Positions 52,324 through 64,000 of a stretch of DNA of 64,000 bases are shown here, piece by piece. The position numbers and the translations under genes were made by a program. Each line of letters opens with the position of its first letter. The stretch's first letter is position 1. Under the pieces are notes generated by a model. That model worked only from the letters and a program-made list of their open reading frames with translations, was not told the DNA's origin and made no database searches. This DNA comes from Eledone cirrhosa (lineage: Eukaryota). The stretch is taken from assembly GCA_964016885.1 (NCBI GenBank), contig OZ024742.1, positions 212,350,001 through 212,414,000 of the forward strand, in the 5' to 3' direction.

Positions 52324-52715
52324 TTTTTTCCGGGGTGGGGGAAAAGGTTGTCTGTCGGACAAGTCCGGAACGCGTCTTTCGCTGTTTGTTGTTTTGAATA
52401 TCTGAGGTATTCGGCAGAGCGCGCGTGCGCGTGAAATGGGGTCGGTCGTACAGAGGTCAGCGGCCGAATGTGGGAGTGGGATGACGCTAGCTGTCAGTCC
52501 ATTCTCTGCCTGTTTGTTAAATGTTACTGTGTGTATGTGTGCGTGTGTTGTTGTCTCGCTTGAGTGTGTGTGTGTGTGTTGTTGCCTTGTTCATCTGTAT
52601 TGGCAGTGTAGTATGTTCGTATGGTGGAATGCTACTGTGTGTGTGTGTGTAGTTGTCTCATTTGCGTGTGTGTGTGTGTGTGCGTGTGTTGTGTGTTGTT
52701 GCATCGCTTGTTAAC

Positions 52716-54540
52716 TTAAACCAGCCATTTCATTTCGCTTCTCTCTGATCGGTTGTTTATTTGCGGTTGCAGTCGTTTGATAAAAAGCGCTTCCTTGATA
52801 CGTAACGTGCCGACGTTTCTTTCAGTCGCTAGAATTGTGACAATGGGCCTTCCGTCTTTGTTTCCGCATTTGTCTATGTGTTTCCGGAAAGACGAGGCCC
52901 TGGTTTTAGTGTGTTCCTTGATCCGGATGTGCAAAGGTCGAATTGTGCTACCTATGTAGTATTGGTTGCACCTGTCACATTCTATCTTATACACGACGTA
53001 TGTGCGTAGGCAACAGTTAGCATGGCGTATCGGGCAGTCTCTGAGGGAGCATGCGTCAGTAGATTTTTCGGGTTTCCTGGAGAGGTATCTTCGCAGGGAG
53101 GGGCCCGAGTGGGCCAGGTGGATTTCGAGGCCCTCCCTCCGTATAGCCTTGCGGATAGCGTTGGTGGTTTTCTCGCCCAGGTGTGGCATTTTAAGGAAGC
53201 ACTTGCCTTGGGTGCTTCTCTGTCTCCTGCGTCTGGTGTCTCCTATTCTGTCTGTTGTCGAGGTAGGGTACCTGTTCGTCTCCAGCATCTCGAGGAATCG
53301 CTTGGTATGAGTGACACCACTCGCGGGATCGCTGCATCTGTTTTTGATTCGCGCGATCTCGTTCGTGATGTATCCTCTTTTGGCACTGTTAGGGAGAGCG
53401 GACTTGTAGTGAACGAATAGGTCCCTGCAGGCTGCCTTTCTGTAGAAGTTGCAGTGGATCCCTCCTTGTTCCGTGATGTTGATTCGGAAGTCGAGGAGGG
53501 CAAGTGACCCGTCTTCGTTGGGGTGTTCAACACTGAAGTCAATGTTCTCGTCCGTGTTGTTGAACGTCTCATAGATTCTGTTCGCCGTGTCTTGGGAAGA
53601 TGTGAGGATGAGGATATCGTCCACGTATCTTGAGAAAAAGGCTACGGCGTTGGGGTGGCAGGCGTTGAGTGCCTTGCGTTCGAGGTTGTCCATGTAGGAG
53701 ATCGCTAGCACACCTGATAGGCTTGATCCCATGGGCAATCCCGAGGTTTGTTGGTATATTTGGTCAAGGAATCCGAAGTAGGTGTTGTCGACGACGATGG
53801 ATAGGAGTTGGTGGATGTCAGTGGTGGTGAGCCCGAAGCAGTGTAAGTCGGTGGATTGGACGCGTTTCATTAGTATATTGACGGCCGGGAGTGCCGGGAC
53901 CGAGGTGTAGAGAGCGACTACATCAAGGCTGAAGGCATATCTGTTATTCTTTCTGGTGTCGGGATCCATTTGATGCAGGCGCTTCAACACCTCATCGGAG
54001 CTGTTAACGTGTCCCGGCAAGGTGTCTAAGATGGGTTTGAGTATTCTGGCTAGGAGCCATGAAATTTTGTAGAGTGGTCCCTCCACGCTCGATACGATGG
54101 GCCTGATTTTCAGGTCGGGTCCCTGTTTGTGTGTTTTCACGCGGTGGTAGAAGGCGGGTATTCTGCTGTTCCTCGTGAGGAGGTTGTATCTCAGCTTCTT
54201 CGGGAGCTTCCGCCGGTCGCAGATGTTGGTCCAGGCGGAGTTGATGTGTTCTTCTATCTGTGCGGGAGTGATTCCCGTGACCTTGGAGTAGAGGTTGTCA
54301 TCGTCAAGGTGTTGGAGGGCCAGGGTGTTGTAGGCCTCTCTGCTGATGACGCAGAATTCTTTTCCCTTGTCGGAGGGGAGATAGATGAGGTTCTTCGATT
54401 TTAGGTTGGAGAGAGTGGTGAGTTGAGATTTGGTGAGGTTATGTGTTGTGCGTGTGTGTGTGTGTTTGTGAAGTATATCCGAGATGGAGTGTTTTAGCCT
54501 GATGAGTTTAGTGTCGAGTTCGTGGTTGGTGTGTGGGGTG
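52716..54540 (-). CDS. PLE reverse transcriptase / GIY-YIG endonuclease (open ~600 codons; two upstream frameshifts near 54545 and 54915)
   Basis: PSDKG, KTHK..IRPIVS, SLDVVALYT, GLPMGSSLS, RYVDD, VVYKIECDRC...YIGST.R.L..RIKEH; frame hand-checked open from 54540 to the ORF-track start at 54140. Confidence 0.92.
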
Positions 54541-55795
54541 GTGGAGTGGGTTGTCGGGGTGGTAAGTGGGGAACTTGGGGTGGGTTGTGTCGGCGCTGTT
54601 ATTATCTGTGGCGCTGTTGATAGCGGTCACCCATTTAAGTTGGTAAGCGGCTCGACAAAAGTTGGCCTCGATGTTGAGTTTGAGTCTGTCGTCGAGTCGT
54701 TGCGAGACGATGAACTTAGGTCCGAGGTGTAGGAGTTTCAGCTCGTCGCTCGTGAGAGTGCCGGTTAGGTCGGTGACCAGGTGCGTCGCATCGTTGAGGT
54801 ATGGCTCGGTGTTGGTGGTTGCGGCGGTGGCGGTTGTTAAGTTGTTGTTTTCCACGTGGTTCTGGTCCGTCTGTTCGTTAGTGTCGATGTTCTCGTTGTG
54901 GCGTTTCGACATATCCACTCATATTTTCGCTTGAGCCGTTTTTTCTCGTATTGGACTCTGGAGTGGTAGCACTGGTCGATTGCTTTAGTGATTTTTAGGA
55001 GCAAGTCTCCGGGTGCTATTGGCAGTCGATGTGTCCGCTCTGAGAGTGTCCGCTTATGGACGTGTAATTGGCGGTTGAGATGTCTCAGGATCTGTTTAAT
55101 ACACGTGCGATGTATGCGGTTAGTGGTGTTTTGGAAGGCTGGTGTCTGCGTTCCGGACTTGTCCGACAGACAACCTTTTCCCCCACCCCGGAAAAAAAAC
55201 CCAGTTGATGGATGTGAATCCGAAATATATAGGGACTATTAAATCTCTCCCAAGGTAACTCTCTCTTGTGTTGTTATTTTTATTTTTATCCTTTATACTC
55301 TTCCCTTCATTCTACACATCTCACACATCTTATACACACCACGCATCTCAACGTACACCCACTTACATCTCGGTCTCCACCACCGGACCTTGTTACCCGG
55401 AGAACCCATTTGCATTGTCGAGGCTTCCAAACGACTTAAAGATATTTATATATATAAACCATTAACTTGCAGACACCTGCAAGCGGAATTTGTCGATCTT
55501 GGGTTTGCAGCAACCTAGCGCTGATAGTGTGTTCTCTGTGTGATGTATGTCGTGAGCTATACGATATGCATTATATATTCCATTCAGTCCAGGTCAGTCT
55601 AAAATCTTTTCCTGAGTCCTGTATTTTCGTTGCTGTGGTAATGCGGCTGGACTGCCGATCGCTATATTTGATTTGCTAAGCTGTCTAAACGTATTGTTAT
55701 TACTCTGGGGTACTATCCCCATCCGAGTGCTAAAGCGACATACCGAATTTGCATTCGTTAGCTTGGCCGCAAACTAAAGCTTCGTTTATGCTGTA

Positions 55796-55960
<165 letters not shown>

Positions 55961-56976
55961 CTGACACGGAGAAAAGAAATCTTTGAAATAAATGAGAGAC
56001 GGAATATTATAAACGTTATGAAAGAACGATGTATGATCGTCTGTTATTTCATACATTAGAGAGAGAGAGAGAGAGAGAGTACTATGAGGTAGTCATAACA
56101 ACAGTGGTAGTAGCAAAACGCGTATGAAAACAATATGTCACAGTCATTCTATCTATCTATATCTCTCTCTTCATATACTCACACGCAATCTCTCTCTCTT
56201 TCTCTAGCAATTTTATAAAATCAAAGAACAACAACATACACACATACACATCAGCGTGTTTAAAAAAACCAAATAGCTTTCTCTTTCTCTTTCACTCTCT
56301 CTCTCTCTATATATATATATAGTATAGACATACCGGAAGTATTGAAATTTGAATCTTTTAAAAGAAGTGAATCTTTAAATAAGCAATAAAATTTATATTT
56401 AATCAAAAGTTACGAAATTTTGTAGATAAATTATGTAATATTCATTCATTATTTATTCAAAGTAATCCAACTTATTTTACAAACAGGAAAAAAATATATT
56501 CCCGCATTCCTTTCTTTATTATGGTTAAGATACGCAAACAATTAAACTCGCTTATCAGCTAGAGACCGATAGGTTATTGTCGAGCATCCTGCTGATGAGT
56601 CGCAATTAGGCTGGATTAGGTAACATTTACCAACGTTACGTAATTCTCTGCATATAACGCTGCTAAGAACTGTTATAGGCAGATGATTGCGACAAAACAG
56701 AATTCCACACAAGAGATAAATCAGTGTAACCAATTCCTGATAACTGCTGTAAAACTCATTAACTAACGAATTGTGTTCGCTCTGCAACGCAACGATGAGC
56801 TTCCAGCTGCACACTACTGCACACTAGTATTTGCATGGAGCGTGTGAGCTATAGCCGGAGGTCACTAAAATAAATTCGGTAACTTCTGCAATCTCTCTCT
56901 CTGTACACATATATATATATATGTGTATGTATGTGTGTGTGTGTGTGTATGCATGTATATAATCTCTCTCTCTCTC

Positions 56977-57076
<100 letters not shown>

Positions 57077-57568
57077 TAAATATAGATGAGATTCTACAGG
57101 ACTAGAACTGTTTCATATATATATATATGGTTATTTCTCTTGCCGGAATTAACACGTGATAACTATAGATACGATTAGCAGCCATCCGAGCGGCAACATA
57201 TTTTATCACTCCGGTTCTAAGCAGAACGAAAACCTGTTGATAAACTGATTCCTCTGTTCAGTCACCAATACCACGAGCTTGCCATTCAGGTAAGTCTGAT
57301 ATTTGATTTCGGATTCGGAGAAACACCCTGAACGTATGTCCGTTTGATTTGTCCAGGTGTATTTTTCTCAACCTGATTAGTTCTATAGTTCCTTTGGTAT
57401 ATATTGTGTGTTAGTTTCACCTACCACAATGTTCGATTTGTCAAGCTATTTAAACGTATGTTATAACTCTAAGGCCCTATCTTATCGAGTGCTTTGCTAA
57501 CTCATCATTTCATATAAGTAGGCCGAATTTACTTGCAAACCGCCAGAGATTCGATTTTACTGATTTCC

Positions 57569-57656
<88 letters not shown>

Positions 57657-57662
<6 letters not shown>

Positions 57663-59109
57663 ATATTAAATAAATGGAAACTATATTTATAAAACCATAT
57701 TTATTTTATTATATATATTTCAAGGGTAACCAAGATAACATTGGTACGCTTTCATCAGATAAAATATAAAGTTTGTTTTATAAATAGAGACATAACCATG
57801 AAAATCATACCTTATCGGTTGGAAATTCACTGGATAGTGGAAATATATATTAGTGGATATAATATATAATAATATATATGTGTGGATATGCAAATGAATA
57901 TGTAAATAATTGAAAAACAACCGTTTATTTAAATGACACTGGAGAAAGAGAGAGAGAAAAAATAAGTGGATAAAGATAAAAATATTACGAGAGATAGAGA
58001 GAAGAAATTAACAAGAGGGTGAATAAAACTCATATAACGTTAATTTGGGGGAATATATTCTAAGTATATATCAATATTATGTGTATTTACGAGTAATTAG
58101 TTGTTTAAAATTCTTTTCAAATATAATATTTTCTGTTCTAAGTATATAGAAAAATAAATAAATAAATAAATAGGTGAATAGATAAATAGATAAATAAATG
58201 AATAGATGAGTATATCGTGTTATAGATAATTGTTTTAATGAGTTATGAGGGATATTGGTTTTGTATTTAATGTAAGTAAATATTAAGTTAAATTAACTTA
58301 AGTTAACTGAGTTAATAAGAATATTTATATTTATATATTTTAAAATGGGAAGATACGGAAAAAACTCCAGTTTTGTTTATTTATTTGTTAGTATGAGACT
58401 ATTTTGTCAAAATAAGTATAAATGTTGAAAGATATATTTAGCCAGAATTAGTTAGTGATTATAAATCAAATAAAAGATATTGAAAAAATATTAATTTAAA
58501 AAAAAAAGTAATTTATAAGAGATAAGTAATTTTTTTTAAATAAGTATTTTTTAAAAAATAGATAAAAAATTAAAGAAATAAAAAATAAAGAATTAAAAAT
58601 TATTAAGATTAAAATTACAATTAAAATTTAAATTTAAAAAAATTAGAATTATATATGTATATATTTTATGAAACTTTAAGAAGTGAAATTATAGCAAATG
58701 TTATAGATATGATTTAGAGATATCAATATATTAAAACCAAGTGGATAAGATTGTTATGGAAATAAGTAGAAATAATATAAGTGTAATTATAATTTATATA
58801 TAGTTCTAAATGTTGAATTTAGGCGATGTCTACAAGAACTAAATAAATTCGTCCTTATATTAATAGAGTTCTTACATTTAAGTATGAAAAAAAATTTCCT
58901 CAACACACAATTTGCAAAATCTAGATAAAGCTGTGTTTCGGTAGGCAGGTGCCTTTGAAATTATTTCCCCAGTTAAAGAATAGTCCATATTCTTGCATTT
59001 TAAGTTCCATATCAGGTTTGAAAGAGAAGATGAAGATTTTTTTATCAAATCTTTGGAAAGAGCATTTGTGATTATTCCAGCGACTTTTAAATTCTGTAGA
59101 ACTTGCACC

Positions 59110-59110
<1 letters not shown>
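57657..59110 (-). mobile_element. 5'-truncated Penelope-like element (GIY-YIG C-terminal half + 3' UTR)
   Basis: YVGASSTEFKSRWNNHKCSF / SSLSNLIWNLK...CKLCVEE (frameshifted ORFs 58921..59190 and 58878..59108); (TA)n on both sides. Confidence 0.8.
57702..57766 (-). ncRNA. Type I hammerhead ribozyme in PLE 3' UTR
   Basis: Minus strand: tattttat-CTGATGA-aagcgtaccaa tgttatc ttggttaccctt-GAAA-tatatATA-ataaaata. Confidence 0.82.
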
Positions 59111-59176
<66 letters not shown>

Positions 59177-59178
<2 letters not shown>

Positions 59179-60688
59179 TAATAAAAACAATGAATAAAAA
59201 CAAAGAAACAGTTCCTTATATTAAAAATGTTATCAGTTTACGATCGTTTCTAGGATATATATATGTGTGTTGGTATGTATATCATATAGATCTATGTAAA
59301 CATTTTACAAACTATCAGAGGGAATATACATACCTACACATATATATGCTGTCTTCAGAAATAATTGTTTCTACTTTTGGCACAAGGCCAGCAATCACCC
59401 AGTACATTACAGGTACTATATTTTATCGACCCTGTAAGGATGAAAGGCAGAAATAATGATATTTGTTTATTGAAAAAAATCAACAAAGATTTAATATAAT
59501 AGGTCTGTTTGGGAACAGATTTTGAATTGACCAATAGAAAAGTAGTAAGTGGTCAAGTTGATAGAATAATAGTAGTAGAAATTTAATTTAGGGGTAGAGG
59601 AATGCAGACTTCAGTTTTGAATGGAAAGAATATTTTGAATGAAAAGATTACTTTGGGGATGAAAAGAGGTCAAGCCGGTGAAAAGTACACGAAAATTTGA
59701 TGTTATTAAAGAATAATGCTAATCTTGGCTGAAATAATTAATAATTATAGAAAAAAGAATATCGATTATAACCTGACCTGGAGTGTGCTCAAAAGGGTCA
59801 CCTCTTATCAAAATAACAGATATGAGTGTAGATTATGTTCCCAGGAACTTTTTGAAATAATGAAATCTAAGGACATCCTATTAAATAAGCGACAAGAATT
59901 AATTATATCGTGCAATCATAGAATTAGAAGAACTTTCAAATATTATAAACCTAATTAATATACACTTATATTTTACAAATTATTATAATTAGTTTTTTTT
60001 TATTTGGTTAACCTATAATTAGTATCTTACTACTGAGAACTTCATAATTTTATTTCACTTTTACAGCTATCTTTTCCTAAAATTAATACCTATAAGTATA
60101 CATATAAACTATTTTAATTTCCTGTTATGAATCTAAATTCCTTGTAGTCTATATAAGTTTGTTATTTCTCACTAATACATTTATCCCCCCCCCCAAAAAA
60201 AAAAATGTTTTCCTTCGTTTTTAACAACATTCTTTAATAACATCTAACTCTTTTTATCACATCTATATGAATTAATATAAATTTATCCCTATAAATATAC
60301 CTATCAATTAAATTAATTTAATTTCTTTTTATAGATCTAAATTTCTTACGTTTTAAATAAGATTGGTATTTCTCACTAACACAATTATCCTAAAATTTTA
60401 TTCTCCTTCGATTTTAACATTAGCATTATTCTTTAATAACATCAAATTTTCGTGTACCGGCTTGACCTCTTTTCATCCCCAAAGTAATCTTTTCATTCAA
60501 AATATTCTTTCCATTCAAAACTGAAGTCTGCATTCCTCTACCCCTAAATTAAATTTCTACTACTATTATTCTATCAACTTGACCACTTACTACTTTTCTA
60601 TTGGTCAATTCAAAAGCTGTTCCCAAACAGACCTGTTATATTAAATCTTTGTTGGTTTTTTTCAATAAACAAATATCATTATTTCTGA
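59177..60688 (+). mobile_element. 5'-truncated PLE with inverted pseudo-LTR (59448-59717 / 60423-60688)
   Basis: ORF 59716..59958 (LTWSVL...CRLCSQE...LLNKRQELIISCNH) flanked by a ~270 bp inverted repeat. Confidence 0.8.
59231..59365 (-). ncRNA. Hammerhead ribozyme with long stem II in the inverted pLTR
   Basis: Minus strand: attattt-CTGAAGA-[~100 nt, arms atatatatgtgtaggtatgtatat / atatacataccaacacacatatatat]-GAAAC gatc GTA-aactgata; palindromic stem III ACGATCGT. Confidence 0.65.
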
Positions 60689-63600
60689 CTCAACAGCAGA
60701 GGACAACTCTTCGTGAAACAATTATTCTTCTCCCGTTTGCCAACAAATGTGCAGACCATATTGGCAAATATGGTCGACACCAGTTCTTTGGAACAAATTG
60801 CGGCCTCGGCGGACCGCATTATGGAATTTTCACGAGAGCCTACTTCAGCAGATTCGGTCGTCGCTTCTTCTGCTTTCAAAACCCAGCCTGCTTCACCTCG
60901 TGAGGACTCTATGCTGAGAGCCATTGACACGTTAACTCGTCAAGTGGCTAAACTGTGTCGGGAGCGAGCGCCATCTAGGTGGCGTTCACGAAATCGGTCT
61001 CCTTCTCTTCATCGTCGCGCCAACCTCCCCGCCAACAACTCGTCTTTGTGTTGGTATCACGTGCGTTTTAGTGAAAAGGCGAAATATTGTATTCAGCCCT
61101 GCTCTTTCGAGACCTCGGAGATCTGAAATTGGAGAGTCTGGGCACGGCAGACCTCTCCCTCATTAATTCACCACGTGCTTTCTTTATCAGAGACCGTGTC
61201 TCAAACAGATCATTTATGGTGGACACAGGATCTAGTTGCAGTATTTGGCCTCTACGGTTCAGCTCTACCAAGCCAAATTTTTCCGGCATTTCTTTATATG
61301 CAGTGAACCAGTCTCCGATCAAAAAATATGGTCAAATATCTTTATCGTTGGATATAGCTTTGCGTCGGGATTTCAAATGGATTTTTGTCATTGCTGACCT
61401 ACCTCATCCTATTCTCGGTGCCGATTTTTTACAGCACTATTCACTTTTGGTAGATGTCAGGAGACAGAAACTTGTGGATGGTACCACATCTTTATCTACG
61501 CCTGCTCGTAGGTCTACTGCTGCTGTTGTCAGTCCCTCGTGTTTTATAGCTGCCTCTAGAAACCAGTTCCATTCACTTCTTGCCTCGTTTCCCGAGTTAA
61601 CGGACATCTCATTTAAACCTAATCAGGTAGTCCACTCAACTCGACACTTTATTACAACAACTGCCCCGCCTGTTTTCTCTTGTCCACAGAGGTTGGCTCC
61701 GGACAGGCTAAAGAAAGCCAGAGATGAGTTCGAACACATGCTTCAGCTCGGTCTTATTCGACCTTCCACCAACCCATGGGCATCTCCGCTTCATTTGGCT
61801 CGAAAGGGTGAAGCGGATTTCAGGCTGGTGGGAGATTATCGACGACTTAATGCTATCACCACACCTGATCGTTATCCTTTACCCAACCTACAGGATTTTT
61901 CATCCGTTCTTCATGGATGCACAATATTTTCTAAAACAGATCTGGTACGTGCATACCACCAGATGCCCATGAATCTAGAGGATATACCTAAAAACAGCTG
62001 TGACCACCCCCTTTGGTTCATTTGAATTCCTGTCCATGCCTTTTGGTTTGCGGAATGCTTCGAGCACGTTCCAGCGTTTTATCGATGAAGTCATGCGTGG
62101 ATTGGATTTCGTGTTTGCTTATGTGGATGACCTTCTAATAGCCAGCGACACAGCTGAACATCATCATCAACATCTATCTCAGTTATTTCAACGTCTTCAA
62201 TCGTACCAGGTCAGAATCAACCCAGCTAAATGTGTGTTTGGTACAGCTTCACTGGAATTCCTAGGACATATGATAGATTCGGAAGGCATTCGACCGCTAC
62301 CATCTAAGGTGGAAGCGATTCAGTGACCCCCCCCCCCCCCCACACCTTATTGAGGCAGTTACGTCATTTCTTAGGATTAATCAACTTTTATCGTCGTTTC
62401 ATTCCTAACTGTGCGGACAAGTTGTTTCCCTTGACACAGTTTTTAAAGGCTGCGAAAAAGAAAGATGCTCCCATTTCACTTTCTGCCGATGCTTTGCAAT
62501 CTTTTGAATCCGTCAAGTCCGAGATAACTGAACTTTCTTTCCTCGCTCATCCTATTGCAAACGCGAGGCTTTCTTTAACTGTTGATGCGTCCGACCATGC
62601 TGTTGGAGCAGTTTTGCAACATACGATCGACCACCAGTTTCAACCACTGGCGTTTTTCTCACGCCAACTTAAACCAACGGAACAGAAATACAGCACCTTT
62701 GACAGAGAACTTTTGGCAGTTTATCTTACCGTGAAGCACTTCCACCATTTTTTGGAAGGGCGGGAGTTCACGATATTCCAATCCAAGTCCGACAGTTACT
62801 CTCCAGTTACAGGGTATACAGGCATTTGGATCTTATCTCCGAGTACACCAGTGACATTCGTCATATAGCTGGAGCTGCCAACATACCCGCGGACGCACTA
62901 TCTCAACTTTCTGTGTGTTCTCTTGCGTCTCCTGCACATATCGATTTGGTTGCCATGGCAACTGACCAACCTACTTTGGATTCGTTGGACATTTCATCTG
63001 ACCAGTTCTCCTTCTGCAAATTGGAATATTTACCTCTTCCATCTTCTGAAGGGAAAATTCTTTGCGACATTTCTACCGGCTCACCCAGACCACTCGTTTC
63101 AGATTGCCATCAACGTACCGTGTTTGATGCACTTCATTCCTTGTCGCATGCCGGCATAGCTGCCACGGTGAAGCTCATTACAGCCCGATTTTTCTGGTCT
63201 AATATGCGTCGTTTAATCACCAGTTGGGCACGTTCTTGTTTGAAGTGTCAGCGCTCTAAGATTTACCGGCATCTTCGCGCTCCTCTGGGTAAATTCAGCC
63301 CACCGGACGCCCATTTCCGTCACATTCACATGGTTATTGTTGGTCCTTGGCCCGTTAGTCGTGAGTTCACATATATATTGACCTGTATCGATCGTTTCTC
63401 TCGGTGGCCTGAGGCCATACCCCTAGTGGACATAAGAGCCGAGTCCGTTGCCCGAGCTTTCATTTCCAATTGGATTGCTCGCTTTGGTGCTCCTTCTAAA
63501 ATAACCACGGATCGGGGACGACAGTTCGAGGCTTCCTTATTTCGTGAAATACCACGACTGTTGGGTGCTCATCACATTCATACGACCAGCTATCACCCAG

Positions 63601-64000
63601 CCTCCAATGGAATGGTGGAGAGGTTTCACAGACAGTTGAAAGCTGCACTTCGCGCTACTCCTGATCCGCAACGTTGGACCGAATTTTTGCCAATCGTGCT
63701 TCTTGGTTGTCGTTCTGCCATTAAAACAGATTTGGCTTTCTCTTCTGCTGAACTTCTTTATGGTACCACCTTGACTCTTCCTGGTCAAATGTTAGCACCG
63801 GTGGATTCGTCGCATCTTGATCCAGCATCATATGTCACCAGGATTCGTTCGTATTTCTCGAATCTTCCATCAATGAACCCTCGTGACCAGTCTATTTCTT
63901 TTGCTGTTCCATTGGACATCTCTACGTGGACACATATTTTTATACGGAATGATTCCGTCAAGGGATCGCTTACGTTACTCTACAATGGAACTTTTCACAC
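60689..64000 (+). mobile_element. Ty3/Gypsy LTR retrotransposon internal region (CsRn1-like), 5'-truncated in gag, frameshifted, runs off window
   Basis: gag CHCC motif CWYHVRFSEKAKYCIQPC; protease VDTGS; RT YVDD; RNase H VDAS...RELLA; integrase TTDRGRQF and [12 protein letters not shown]. Confidence 0.93.

Larger units (their letters stand above)
52033..55448 (-). mobile_element. Penelope-like element, near full length, RT + C-terminal GIY-YIG, with inverted 5' pseudo-LTR
   Basis: pLTR copies 52076-52373 and inverted 55148-55448; (TA)n on both flanks. Confidence 0.93.

Noticed and set aside
52716-55150. Selenocysteine recoding in the PLE ORF (reported for Naiad PLEs)
   Set aside because: Endonuclease is C-terminal and the interruptions are frameshifts, not in-frame TGA codons

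Overview
AT-rich, repeat-dense eukaryotic (animal) genomic DNA; the SINE/RTE/Penelope repertoire and microsatellite load suggest an octopod cephalopod (inference, not verifiable here). Two host genes are arranged head-to-head around a ~600 bp bidirectional promoter: a complete 7-exon RPL5 (uL18, 296 aa, + strand, 20011-32705) and a previously uncalled minus-strand coiled-coil gene resembling CCDC18 (7 exons reconstructed by hand, 19401 down to 701, running off the left edge). The rest is a transposon landscape: RTE LINEs, tRNA-derived Meta- and CORE-type SINEs, piggyBac relics nested in RPL5 introns, a mariner relic, a nearly full-length Helitron split by an RTE insertion, a Tx1-like LINE in a (TATC)n repeat and a CsRn1-type Gypsy element. 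The most striking part is 46-61 kb: a cluster of Penelope-like elements (PLEs) inserted in (TA)n microsatellites, with inverted pseudo-LTRs, ORF-less near-perfect palindromes, and at least five distinct hammerhead-ribozyme or hammerhead-like motifs, some with non-canonical cores or long stem II inserts. All calls are by eye; none were checked by database search.
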